Positions 47,808 through 58,500 of a stretch of DNA of 64,000 nt are shown here, one piece after another (position 1 is the stretch's first letter; each line of letters starts with the position of its first letter). The notes under the pieces were generated by a model, which was given only the letters and a program-made list of their open reading frames with translations, had not been told where the DNA came from and made no database searches. This DNA comes from an uncultured Phascolarctobacterium sp. (lineage in GTDB: Bacteria; Bacillota; Negativicutes; Acidaminococcales; Acidaminococcaceae), in NCBI RefSeq assembly GCF_902463975.1, contig NZ_CABQHJ010000003.1:38854-102853 (forward strand), given 5' to 3'. The position numbers and the translations under genes were made by a program.

Positions 47808-49343
47808 TTAAAGATTAATTTTCCAATAACCTTTACGATTAGAGCCAATTCTTTCTATAATGCCCTTATCCTTTAGTTTTCGCATTAATCTAGATACAGC
47901 AGATCGACTAAAATCAAGTTGCTGTGCTATATCTCTAACAATAATTTGAGGACTGGTTTGCAAAACTTTTAATACAGTTTTTTCATCCAATGACAACTTT
48001 AAAAGTTCTTCCTGCATATTTTCTTCAGGAGTTTGTCCCGCACTTTGTCCCGACACTTGCTCTGCTTCAGGAGTTTGTCCCGCGTTTTGTCCCGATATCT
48101 GTTCTGTTCCAGGAGTTTGTCCCGCACTTTGTCCCGACACTTGCTCTGCTTTAGTAGTTTGTCCCGCATTATGCTTCCTGTAAATATTAAAGCGCAGCTC
48201 TGTTCCGCCATCAATAATTTCCAAGTCACCCAAGCCTGCTTCTCGAATCATCTCTGCAATGCGCAGCATTCCCGTACCCCAACGCTCAATCAAATGCATA
48301 TAGCTAAACGCCATTGCCAATGCCTCATTACGCACTTTGGAATAACCTTCTCGCATCTTTTCGATGGTCTGACCAACAGGCAGCTTACCCGGTGAAGTAA
48401 TCTCTAAACGATTATCAAAAATCGCCACCTGAATATTTCCATTATCAAGATAGCTGCGATGCACTGCTGCGTTGATAATAAGCTCTCGTATAGCAGCAGG
48501 AGGAATTTCATAAACATCCTGTCTATACAAGCCTTCAATTACAGCGCCAAGATGAATGTTACGCAGTACAAAATGATAAGTATCTTCAATAATATCCTGC
48601 ACCGGTCCTGTAAATTCACGCCTATCTACAAAAACAATACGCCTATTATCTTTAAACACAGCACATTGGAAAGTACAATGCAAAATATCTGCACCGGTAA
48701 GTATAGCGTAAGCATTTGTCGGCACAAGCTTTCCTTCATGCTCAACCAAAATACCCCAAGACACAAGCTGCTTTGCTGTAACGTCCTTCACCAAAGCCTT
48801 TTCCTCATCGCTGTGGCAATTGCGCAAAGCTACCTGTTTCATTTGTCGGCAAAGCTTTTCTATATCAGCATCGCTTGTCTGCAAACCAAGACAAACAGTT
48901 TTATCAAAAAAGCGATTATTTCCTTCAAACAGCAATTCCTTTACCATTGCTTCATCCGCTAATCTGGTAGTTCCTGCAACACGCACATAAACACCATGCT
49001 GTAACCCTTCAGCAGCAATATAATACGGTCTTTGGCGACCAGCTTCAATATCCACAATAATAATAGTTGCGCCATCAATTGTCTGCATATAAATATCAGG
49101 AATAATCGCAGGCTTGCAGCTATCCGAAATAGCGTTAGCTACGGCATCCATAATTTGGAACGCCTCGTTCTTGTCAATGCCGACAATTTTTCTCGTATCA
49201 TCTTCAACACCGATAATAAGCTTGCCACCCTGACCATTCGCAAAAGCAACTATTGTTTTCATGTATTTACTGCTTTTAACCGGCAGACTTTCTTTAAACT
49301 CTACGTTTTTAGATTCACCTGCAAGAATTTCATCTATTTTCAT
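47808..49343 (-). CDS. Schlafen/AlbA_2-domain + HATPase_c_4-like + C-terminal wHTH protein (often mis-annotated RecG-like regulator)
   Basis: N-terminus ...NVEFKESLPVKSSKYMKTIVAFANGQGGKLIIGVEDDTRKIVGI is the AlbA_2 signature. A central region fits HATPase_c_4. The C-terminal VLQTSPQIIVRDIAQQLDFSRSAVSRLMRKLKDKGIIERIG is a wHTH. Confidence 0.75.
   Translation of the reverse strand: MKIDEILAGESKNVEFKESLPVKSSKYMKTIVAFANGQGGKLIIGVEDDTRKIVGIDKNEAFQIMDAVANAISDSCKPAIIPDIYMQTIDGATIIIVDIEAGRQRPYYIAAEGLQHGVYVRVAGTTRLADEAMVKELLFEGNNRFFDKTVCLGLQTSDADIEKLCRQMKQVALRNCHSDEEKALVKDVTAKQLVSWGILVEHEGKLVPTNAYAILTGADILHCTFQCAVFKDNRRIVFVDRREFTGPVQDIIEDTYHFVLRNIHLGAVIEGLYRQDVYEIPPAAIRELIINAAVHRSYLDNGNIQVAIFDNRLEITSPGKLPVGQTIEKMREGYSKVRNEALAMAFSYMHLIERWGTGMLRIAEMIREAGLGDLEIIDGGTELRFNIYRKHNAGQTTKAEQVSGQSAGQTPGTEQISGQNAGQTPEAEQVSGQSAGQTPEENMQEELLKLSLDEKTVLKVLQTSPQIIVRDIAQQLDFSRSAVSRLMRKLKDKGIIERIGSNRKGYWKINL
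48026..48170. repeat. intragenic 42-bp tandem repeat (~3.4 units) in the AlbA_2 gene linker
   Basis: caggagtttgtcccgcactttgtcccgacacttgctctgctt occurs three times with minor variants. It encodes EQVSGQSAGQTPxT repeats. Confidence 0.85.
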
Positions 49344-49365
49344 TCTCTCACCATCCTAACCCCAC

Positions 49366-50451
49366 TCACTCCAAGCACCTCTCCACCATCTCTTTCAGCG
49401 TATACTCATCAAGATGCTCAAAGAAGAATGCCCGCTTAGGATGCAAAGGCAGCGACTGGCTCACCGCCACATTATACTCTGCGCCTTTGGCAAAGTCCGT
49501 TGCCAAAAGCTCCGCCTTGTCCTTAACCTGCGCCAGCAATTCCGCTCCGGCTTCACTGTTCACCAGCACCAGCGTAACGCCCTTATCATCATCAAATTCC
49601 GGGTACTGCTTATCTATTCCCCAATAATCGGCAATCGTGATATCTGCCAGACTGCGCTTGTTATTAAACGCGCACTCACCGCAGGACGGACGTATGCTGA
49701 TATTATTCAGGAACAGGCGCATATAAGTTTCCTGCCTCTTGCTCGCCCCGAAGCGCTGATGCTCGGTAAAGAACAAGGTCTCTCCCTGCTTCCATCCCTT
49801 CGCCTTATCGCGAAACTTTACCTGCACAACAGGCTCGCCTGCCTCCTGCGCCAGCTCCTGCAAATGCTTTTGGTAAACCTTGGGACTCGGCACACCATGA
49901 CAGATAACATCAACCGTAAAGAGATTTACAGACGGCTTCACCAGATACCGCTTCAAACCGGCAATCTGGCAAGGCGTACCGCTGAACAGAACTTTTCTGC
50001 CTGCACGCAAAATTTGCCGTACCTCGCTGTAAATCCTGCCAATTTTGCTCTGCACATACTTCGAGCCGCGCAGCTTAGGCAACTCGGCAAGGTTATCCAC
50101 CAGCACATGCTGCACATTCAGCTGCTCATCCAGCGCCGCGCCGACCACAACGCCTCCCTGCTGCAGGATTTCTTCGGCAAAAAGCGTAAACATTCCTCCG
50201 CTGGAGCTGGTAAAGCGCACTGCATCATCGTTATTCTTTGCGCCATACACAGCAAGCAGCTCATGCTGCTGAGGTTTGTGCAGCATAGGGCAGACATTTT
50301 CACATAAACCGCAATCCATGCACATTTCTTCGTTGATTTTGGGATACAAAAAGCCTTCCTCGTCCGCAGTCATTTTTATACAGCCACGCGGGCAAATATT
50401 AGCGCAGGCACTGCAGCCTGTACAGTTTTGTTTACTGCTCAGCTCAATCAT
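49366..50451 (-). CDS. F420-hydrogenase beta-subunit (FrhB/FdhB)-like protein with N-terminal 2x[4Fe-4S] domain
   Basis: CTGCSACANICP...CMDCGLCENVCP, followed by FrhB_FdhB_C-like region. Confidence 0.7.
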   Translation of the reverse strand: MIELSSKQNCTGCSACANICPRGCIKMTADEEGFLYPKINEEMCMDCGLCENVCPMLHKPQQHELLAVYGAKNNDDAVRFTSSSGGMFTLFAEEILQQGGVVVGAALDEQLNVQHVLVDNLAELPKLRGSKYVQSKIGRIYSEVRQILRAGRKVLFSGTPCQIAGLKRYLVKPSVNLFTVDVICHGVPSPKVYQKHLQELAQEAGEPVVQVKFRDKAKGWKQGETLFFTEHQRFGASKRQETYMRLFLNNISIRPSCGECAFNNKRSLADITIADYWGIDKQYPEFDDDKGVTLVLVNSEAGAELLAQVKDKAELLATDFAKGAEYNVAVSQSLPLHPKRAFFFEHLDEYTLKEMVERCLE

Positions 50452-50615
50452 GTGTTTAACCTCCCTGTTGCCATAGCCTTGTTGCAGCTTATATTTCAGT
50501 ATAATACTCTGCTTAAGTGATTTTTCTTTTATTATATCACAAATAGGCTTTCTTGCTTACACTATCTGCGAGTTTATCAGCAGGCGCCGACACTGCTTGA
50601 CAGCGCAATTTCTAG

Positions 50616-50670
50616 CGCACAAAAACAGAGCTGACTTTTGCAATTCGCCAAAGTCAGCTCTTATTTTTTA
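50616..50670. terminator. bidirectional terminator (12-bp stem) after the uvrA-like gene
   Basis: AGAGCTGACTTT...AAAGTCAGCTCT flanked by T/A runs. Confidence 0.7.
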
Positions 50671-50696
50671 CTATTCTCTTGTCACTACAAGCGCAA

Positions 50697-53180
50697 TCAC
50701 AAAAATCTGCCGGTAATGCTGTTTGCGTTTGCCTTAATCTCCGCCGGCGTTCCGCAGGCCACAATGCGTCCGCCTGCATCACCGCCGCCGGGTCCCATGT
50801 CAATAATATAGTCAGCGTTACGGATAACGTCCAGATCATGCTCAATGACGATAACCGTTGCCCCATTATCCAAAAGTGCCTGAAAAACCTCCAGCAGCAC
50901 CTGCACATCCAGAGGATGCAGACCAATCGAAGGCTCATCAAAGACAAAGACGGAATCATGCTGCGTCCTGCCGATTTCGCTGGCCAGCTTTAAGCGCTGC
51001 GCCTCACCGCCCGACAATCCCGGAGTTTCCTCGCCCAGCGTTAAATAACCAAGGCCCAGCTGACGCAGAACGTTCAGCTTTTGACTGATGCCTTTCATGT
51101 TTTTGCAAAAACCTATGGCAGTGTTTACGTCCATCGCCATCAGCTCCGGCAGCGAAGCACTCTCCCCCGCCTCGTTCGTCAGCCTGATATCGTAGGCCGC
51201 CTTCGCGTACCGCGAACCGCGGCAGTCCGGGCAGGGTATATCCACGTCAGGTAAAAACTGTACGTCTAAACTGACAATGCCTGTTCCATCACAGCCAGGG
51301 CAACGAAGCGAGCCTGTATTATACGAAAAAGCACCTGCCTTATATTCATGCGCTTTAGCTTCTGGCAATTTGGCGTAGAGCTTACGCAAATCATCATGAA
51401 TGCCTGCATAGGTAGCCACAGTAGAACGAACATTAATTCCGATAGGCGTAGCATCAATTAGCTTAACGTGCTCAATCCCCTCAGCGTTAACGGCACGGAT
51501 ATGCTCCGGCAGCGCCTTGCCGTCAATCGCCGCAGCCAGCGCAGGAACAAGGCTTTCCAAAACCATTGTGGTTTTACCGGAACCCGATACACCGGTAACA
51601 ACCGTCAGCCTGCCCTTCGGAATATCTATCTCCAATGGTTTAACGGTATGAATTTGCGCGGTAGCAAGATGAATGGTGCCGTCAGCAAACAGCTCCTGCT
51701 TCTGAGCGCAGCTTTTCCGTTTTGCCGCTGCCTTTCCGGCAAGGAACGGACCGATTTGCGAAGCAGGATTTGCTTCTATCTCCGCTATCGTTCCCTGCGC
51801 AATTACATGGCCGCCGCCGGAGCCTGCCTGCGGTCCCATTTCCACGAGCCAGTCTGCCTCCTGCAAAATCTGCGTATCATGGTCCACAAGGATTACAGAG
51901 TTGCCGTCTACCACCAGGTCATGCATCACACCGGTAAGGCCCACAATATTTGACGGATGCAGACCGATGGACGGCTCATCCAAAACATAAAGAACTCCGG
52001 TAGTACGGTTGCGGACAGCACGCGCCAGCTGCATCCGCTGCCGCTCTCCGGTGGAGAGCGTAGCAGCGGAGCGGTCAAGCGTAAGATAACCGAGTCCCAA
52101 GTCCAGCAGACGTTTTGCAGTGCCGGTAAATGCTTCACAGATGCGTTCCGCCATCGGGCGCATTGCCTCCGGCAAGCTTGGCGGAACACGCTGCACCCAT
52201 GATACCAGCTGCACCAGTGTCATTTGACAGGCCTCAGCCAGCGAAATCCCCAACAGCTTCGGCGCACGCGCAGCTGCGGAAAGACGCGTACCGTGGCAGT
52301 CGGGGCAGATATCTTCCTTCAAAAACTTTTCTACGCGCTTCATGCCCTTTTCATCTTTTACCTTAGACAACGCATTTTCGACTGTATAAACAGCGTTGAA
52401 GTAGGTAAAATCAAGCTCGGCAAAATCGTTGGAATTGCTTTTCTTGGGATGGTAGAGAATATGCTTCTTTTCCGCAGGACCGTGATAAACGATATCCTTC
52501 TCCTGCTCCGTCAGCTCGCAAAACGGTACATCTATGCGCACGCCCATCTCCTTGCAGACATCAGTCATCAGCGACCACATCAGGCTGTTCCACGGCGCAA
52601 CTGCACCTTGTTCGATTGTAAGCGATTCATCAGGCACCAGCGTGCTTAAATCTACCGTGCGGACGCTGCCGGTACCGCCGCAGGTTTTGCAGGCCCCCTG
52701 CGAATTGAAGGCCAGTTCCTCGGCAGACGGCGCATAAAACTGCGCGCCGCACTCCGGGCAGGTCAGCTTCTTGCCTGCAGCAACCAAAAGCGTCGGCTCC
52801 AAATAATGTCCGTTGGGACAGCGATGGCTGGCAAGACGCGAATACATAAGACGCAAGCTGCTCAGTAATTCCGTGCCTGTGCCGAAGGTACTGCGAATCC
52901 CCGGCACACCGGAGCGCTGGTGCAGCGCCAAGGCCGCAGGAACATACAGCACTTCATCTACGGAAGCCTTGGCAGCCTGCGTCATGCGTCGGCGCGTATA
53001 TGTCGAAAGCGCCTCCAGATAGCGGCGTGAACCTTCGGCGTACAGCACGCCAAGCGCCAGGGATGATTTGCCGGATCCGGATACACCCGCAATGCCGACG
53101 ATTTTTCCCAAGGGAATATCTATATCAATATTTTTCAGATTGTGGACCTTAGCGCCACGAATAAGCATTTTATCAATCAT
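50697..53180 (-). CDS. UvrA-like ABC ATPase paralog (class II, lacks UvrB-binding domain; 827 aa)
   Basis: Two ABC modules with Walker A GVSGSGKSSL and GVSGSGKTT, signature and Zn-finger Cys pairs. About 110 aa shorter than canonical UvrA. Confidence 0.8.
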   Translation of the reverse strand: MIDKMLIRGAKVHNLKNIDIDIPLGKIVGIAGVSGSGKSSLALGVLYAEGSRRYLEALSTYTRRRMTQAAKASVDEVLYVPAALALHQRSGVPGIRSTFGTGTELLSSLRLMYSRLASHRCPNGHYLEPTLLVAAGKKLTCPECGAQFYAPSAEELAFNSQGACKTCGGTGSVRTVDLSTLVPDESLTIEQGAVAPWNSLMWSLMTDVCKEMGVRIDVPFCELTEQEKDIVYHGPAEKKHILYHPKKSNSNDFAELDFTYFNAVYTVENALSKVKDEKGMKRVEKFLKEDICPDCHGTRLSAAARAPKLLGISLAEACQMTLVQLVSWVQRVPPSLPEAMRPMAERICEAFTGTAKRLLDLGLGYLTLDRSAATLSTGERQRMQLARAVRNRTTGVLYVLDEPSIGLHPSNIVGLTGVMHDLVVDGNSVILVDHDTQILQEADWLVEMGPQAGSGGGHVIAQGTIAEIEANPASQIGPFLAGKAAAKRKSCAQKQELFADGTIHLATAQIHTVKPLEIDIPKGRLTVVTGVSGSGKTTMVLESLVPALAAAIDGKALPEHIRAVNAEGIEHVKLIDATPIGINVRSTVATYAGIHDDLRKLYAKLPEAKAHEYKAGAFSYNTGSLRCPGCDGTGIVSLDVQFLPDVDIPCPDCRGSRYAKAAYDIRLTNEAGESASLPELMAMDVNTAIGFCKNMKGISQKLNVLRQLGLGYLTLGEETPGLSGGEAQRLKLASEIGRTQHDSVFVFDEPSIGLHPLDVQVLLEVFQALLDNGATVIVIEHDLDVIRNADYIIDMGPGGGDAGGRIVACGTPAEIKANANSITGRFL

Positions 53181-53681
53181 TTTTCTGCTCCTGTATGAAT
53201 TAAATCGCTTTTAAAGAAAAAAGAATTTATTCATTTTGCATACTTAAGCAAGGCACGTAACCTTGTATGCTTCAATGCGGAATTAGTCATAAAAAAGATT
53301 CTGCATAACATTAGGACTACATCCGTCATTCCCATCGTCAAATCCTGTAAAAAGTATTCTATCATTCGATATCCTATTATATTCCCAAAATCCTTTAAAT
53401 ATAATTGTTTATCATTTTCCAAAATTCGTCAAGTGCAAAAGCCTAAGTATTTTATAGAACTTATATTTAAATAGCTTTTCGGAACCAAGAAAAAGATTAC
53501 CAGTATCTAAATACGTAGCTGACTGTATTAACCGCTTACGAAAATTACGAATACAATACCACATAGTTAAAAGCGGCCTCCCTTATGCCCGAGAAACCGC
53601 TTATCTCATAGATACCGTAAATAAAACCAACTCATACACTTAGAAATATTTATATATTGTATTATTTTGCTAGTTCACAAA

Positions 53682-54521
53682 TCATTTTACAGGTATTGAT
53701 AATTTAAAAACATATTCATTCTTGTCATTAGTAATCCAATAGTCCTTTTCAAAAGAAACTATTGTATCACCATTTATCTCAAGTTCATTACGTTCAATAA
53801 ATTGAAAACACTTTTTTATCCATGCTTCACAACAATGATGATAGTTACCCTTTCCATATATCGAAACATAGCATTGATTTTTTGTCTTATGATTAACCAG
53901 TTTTCGAAAATCATCAATACAATTATAATTATCCATAGCAAAGAACCTGCTTACAGGACTACATTGAAACTTTTTGGTGTTATCCTGACTCAAAAACCAA
54001 CCTGTAGTCAAATCACAGTTATTAAGCCTAAAAAGATTTTTCAGGAAATTTAACCTTATAATAAGGTTATTTTTATCCCCATCCATCGAAGATAGATTTT
54101 GAGAAACATACATTTCATATTCAGGCAGTTGTTCCAATAAAACTCTATCCAATATCAGATTTCTTATGTGGTCCGTTTTCCTAAGAATAGTTTGCACACT
54201 TAGCATTTTTGCCATAAGTTCTTTCTGTTCAAGGATTAATTCTTCTTCTTTTTTCCTCAAAAGATTACTTACGATGTTTTCATCACGGTAATGCAAAAAC
54301 TCACGTATATCCTTTATAGAAAAACCTAATCGTCTCATGCAAACAATCATTTCTAACACATGATGTTCCGCTAAAGAATAATACGCATAATTATTATCTT
54401 GGTTTCTTTTAGCAGGCTTTAACAGCTTTTCTTTTTCATAGTAACTCAATGTTTGCTTAGAAATATTAGCAAGCTTTGCAATTTCGCCAGATGTAAATGT
54501 ATTTCTAATTGATTTTACCAT
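53682..54521 (-). CDS. MerR-family transcriptional regulator with C-terminal effector-binding (GyrI-like/BmrR-type) domain
   Basis: FTSGEIAKLANISKQTLSYYEKEKLL is a MerR HTH. About 180 aa of C-terminal domain follow. Confidence 0.75.
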   Translation of the reverse strand: MVKSIRNTFTSGEIAKLANISKQTLSYYEKEKLLKPAKRNQDNNYAYYSLAEHHVLEMIVCMRRLGFSIKDIREFLHYRDENIVSNLLRKKEEELILEQKELMAKMLSVQTILRKTDHIRNLILDRVLLEQLPEYEMYVSQNLSSMDGDKNNLIIRLNFLKNLFRLNNCDLTTGWFLSQDNTKKFQCSPVSRFFAMDNYNCIDDFRKLVNHKTKNQCYVSIYGKGNYHHCCEAWIKKCFQFIERNELEINGDTIVSFEKDYWITNDKNEYVFKLSIPVK

Positions 54522-54532
54522 GGTACCCCTTC

Positions 54533-55528
54533 TTAATAACCCTTTAACAATTTTTCTTCCTTCATATCAAAAGTAGGTCCATAAATACTATTATACAATC
54601 CCTTGATAGCATAAACACAGTTCTGCGAATTTGAATAAATATACCTATCAGGTATCGCTATTACTCTTTTCATTCCTTTCAGATGTTGAAAAGCAGGATC
54701 TTCTAAAAATTCTTTTCTAAACTGAACATCTTTGGGTTCTTCATATTCTCTACCTGCAGAAACAAGAAAAACATCAGGATTTGAGGCTATGATAGATTCT
54801 TTGGTTACGGTTTCGCCATAATGTATTCCCTGCATGCTAATTGCATTTCTTATTCCGGCATGCTTACAAATATCATCATAGACACAGCCTATTCCTCCAT
54901 ACTGTCTCATTCTGGATGCTAACATAACAACCGGCTGTTCAGCTTGTTTTAATTGAATTTTATCACGAACTTCTGCTAGCTGTCTATCCATTTCACGTAT
55001 TAATTTATCACCGTTTTCTTCCTTACCCATAGCCTGAGACATTAGTCTTATGTTATACCTGATATCATCAATGCTATTGGGACCTCTACAGACAACTGTC
55101 TTTATACCCATTGCTCTATAAGATTCAATAACATTTTTATCTAAAGTATCAGGTACAAAGATAACCTGAGGATTCATCGCCATAATTGACTCTTCACCGA
55201 GTTGCTTAAATAACCTATATTCTGTCTTTATATTCTTTGTTTCCTCAGCAATATACGAAATTGCTGAATCCTTGTCAAGGTAATTTTTAGCTACTAAATA
55301 ATCGGCAGGCGCAATTCCTAAAAGAATAGTGTCATACGTAAGATTATAACACAAAACTCTCGTAGGCTTAGCATCGAAAATAGTTTTATATCCTAAATTA
55401 TCAATAACGAAATAACTATCTTGTCTGTTCGTCTGATTAATACCTACGAAACTTACAATGATTAAGCAACTCAAAACTAGTATAACAATGGCGAAAAATA
55501 TTCTATATATTTTATTATCACTATTCAT
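54533..55528 (-). CDS. periplasmic binding protein, FecB/HmuT-like (class III), N-terminal membrane anchor
   Basis: TroA-like fold similarity. Its start overlaps the CobN-like gene end by 8 nt. Confidence 0.75.
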   Translation of the reverse strand: MNSDNKIYRIFFAIVILVLSCLIIVSFVGINQTNRQDSYFVIDNLGYKTIFDAKPTRVLCYNLTYDTILLGIAPADYLVAKNYLDKDSAISYIAEETKNIKTEYRLFKQLGEESIMAMNPQVIFVPDTLDKNVIESYRAMGIKTVVCRGPNSIDDIRYNIRLMSQAMGKEENGDKLIREMDRQLAEVRDKIQLKQAEQPVVMLASRMRQYGGIGCVYDDICKHAGIRNAISMQGIHYGETVTKESIIASNPDVFLVSAGREYEEPKDVQFRKEFLEDPAFQHLKGMKRVIAIPDRYIYSNSQNCVYAIKGLYNSIYGPTFDMKEEKLLKGY

Positions 55529-58500
55529 CGCTCAATTCCTCTAAATCACCCTCAATTTCTAAAAACTCTTGTAGTAGAGCACTCTCAATTTCTTTAGGCG
55601 TATTCCATAAACCTCTTTGTTTTGCTTCTAACAAAACAGTACACATTTTTCTTAAAGCCCATGGGTTTACTTTTTTTAACCATGCATTGACATCTTTTGA
55701 AAGGACATACATTTTAGTCAAATCATTATACATCCAATCCTCAATAACATTGCTGGTTGCATCCCAAGCAAAGCTATGACTTACAATATTACATAAATCA
55801 GCTGCACCCTTATATCCATGTTTCTTCATTCCCTGAATAAATTTAGGATTCAGTACTTGAGATAAGTATAACTGTTTCATTTCCTCTGATAAACTTTGAA
55901 CACTAACAGCATCCTTTTTAGACAAATTCCCACAAAATGACTTTGGAACTTTTCCTGATAAACTACGTACTGCAGCAATCATGCCACCATGAAACGCATT
56001 ATAATCATCTGATTCTAACATTGTTGTCTCGTAATGATCTTCATTTTTTAGCGTTAAATCAACTTTGCTGAGCTGTTTAGAGAAAACTTCCGGCAGAAAT
56101 TGACCTTTAATGTTCTTACCATAAGCATAACTTCCCCAAGATACATATATCTCTCTTAAATCATCAATACTTTGCCAGTTTCTGCTTTCTATTGCCAAAT
56201 TAACACCAGCACCATAAGTTCCAGGTGCACTACCAAAAATCCTGCATTGCAAATTATCGTAGTTTGTCATTTCTAATTCATTTGAGTCCTCCATTATATG
56301 CTTACGCGGGTAATTAACATCACCATCCTCATCTAATTTCATAATACATTTAATACATTCATCCAAGTATTCTACAGTAGGATACAACGAATCTCTATAC
56401 ATACCGCTTATTCGCGCTATAACATCTATACGTGGTCTTTTCAAAACGTCTAACGGGATAACCTTAAAACCACTTATTCTCCCATTAGTATTCCATTCTG
56501 GCGAAACACCTAAAAGCGCCATTGCCTGAGCTATATCGCAGCCTTTGGTACGCATATTGGTGCCTGACCAAAATATCATAGCAATACGTTCGGGATATCT
56601 TCCTTCTTCCTCAATATACTGTTGTATAACCTGATTTGCTAATTCCTGGCCAATAATCCATGCTGACTTGGAAGGTAGTAACCTTGGATCCACACCATAA
56701 AAATTTTTACCACTTGGAAGACAATCCAGCATACCTGTTGAAGGGGCACCGGATAAGCCACTTTCAATATAGCAACCATCTAAACCTTTAAGTATATTTG
56801 TTATTTCTTCATCAGTATGGCTCAACTTATCCAGAACAATTTCTTTAAGTTCATTGTTACCCTGAGTAAAACTATTAATCAGATTTCTTAAATCCGCTTC
56901 AGAACCTAAATCACCTAATATATGCAAACCTGTTCTACATTGATTTGAAGATATTTTCTCAAGATAAGCATGTAAATTCTCCATCTGCTCACAAAAATCA
57001 ATTTCATTTTCCTTATTACAAAAACATTTCATATCTTCCTTAAGCAGTAATTCAGATATTACTTGCTCTAATTGCGAAACTGTAGAACTTTGTAATCTAT
57101 AGGCTTCTAAATACTGCTCTACCAAATCATATAGTTCCCGCATTTCACCATATAATCCGGCTTCTTCACAAGGAGCCGGTAAATGATCAACTAATACTGC
57201 AGCGCCACGCCTTTTCGCCTGCAGTCCTTCGCATGTAATAGAAATTAAATACGGATATATATTAGGAAGACTATCTATAGCCAAATAAGGATAACTAGCT
57301 CTGCATAAGCCAGTGCTTTTACCAGGTAACCATTCAAGACTACCATGAGTACCAAGATGTATTACTGCATCAGCTTTAAATACTTCCACCAACCATCTAT
57401 AAAAAGCCAAATAGTAATGTGTAGGCGGTATATCTCCATTGTGAAAACTTTTTTGAATATCACCAAAAGCAATTCTTGGCGGTTGGACTCCTATGAATAT
57501 ATTTCCTTGTTTAAACCCTGCAATTTTAAATTCTTCTTCTGTATCAGTAAGAAACGAATTTCCGGGCATTTCACCCCAATTATTTTTTATATGGTTTCTA
57601 GTGTCCACGCCTAAATTTTCATACCATTGTTTATAACTACCAACAGGATATTTACCACATGGCTCAAGATCTGATTTAAAAAATTCAACCTCATTAGTAA
57701 AACTAGAAAGCAGTTTTTCGGCAAGCCATCCTGATTCCTTAGGTAATTCATCAGTTTTATAGCCAGCTTTTTGAAGGTTTTCTAAAATCACTTCTCCGCT
57801 GCGAAGAGAATCCAAACCCATAGCAGTTCCGATTGTAGCATTTCCTGCAGGATAATTATGAAAAATAAGAGCTATCCTTTTATCTTTATTTTGCTTGAGT
57901 TTCAACTGTGCCCAACAATAAGCTCTTTTTGCCATTAGTTTTATATTATCATAAATTGGCACCATAGTTACCAGAGTACCATCTTTTTTTTGTCCAGCTA
58001 ATGGTACACCATGTACAACTCCATCGAATTCCGGCATAATAATATTTGCTTGAAGCTCGTTTTCATTTAAACCATAACTAGACGCTTCCCAGCTTTCTAC
58101 ATCTTGCAAAAGTATTTCACCTTGAAGTATCGGTATATTTAGTTTCTTCAATAAATCTTTATCTTCAATATCTCTGCCAACTGTCAGAGAAAACCATAAG
58201 CAATTTATTAATACTTGTGGTATAAATGCACCTTTTAAACAGGCTAATTCTAAAAAATTATTTTCAAAACCTGGTATATTTCTCTCTCTATCACGATTCC
58301 AATGAGAAAAAATAGGCAACACATTACAGTCCAATTGTCGTAATTCATTAATCAAGCTATCTATGTATGAAGTATGTCCCCAAGCCCAATGTTCCCTAGG
58401 AAAGTTAATCGCTACAGTGGGCAAAGAAGGATTATAATACTTCTCATAAAAAGCTTCTTTCGTCAAAACATTATCCGCTTCCGGTATGTAAATTCCAGAC

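Noticed and set aside
53231-53422. 63-aa minus-strand ORF in the 500-bp AT-rich spacer between the uvrA-like and MerR genes
   Set aside because: It has no RBS, and the composition is as expected for AT-rich non-coding DNA.
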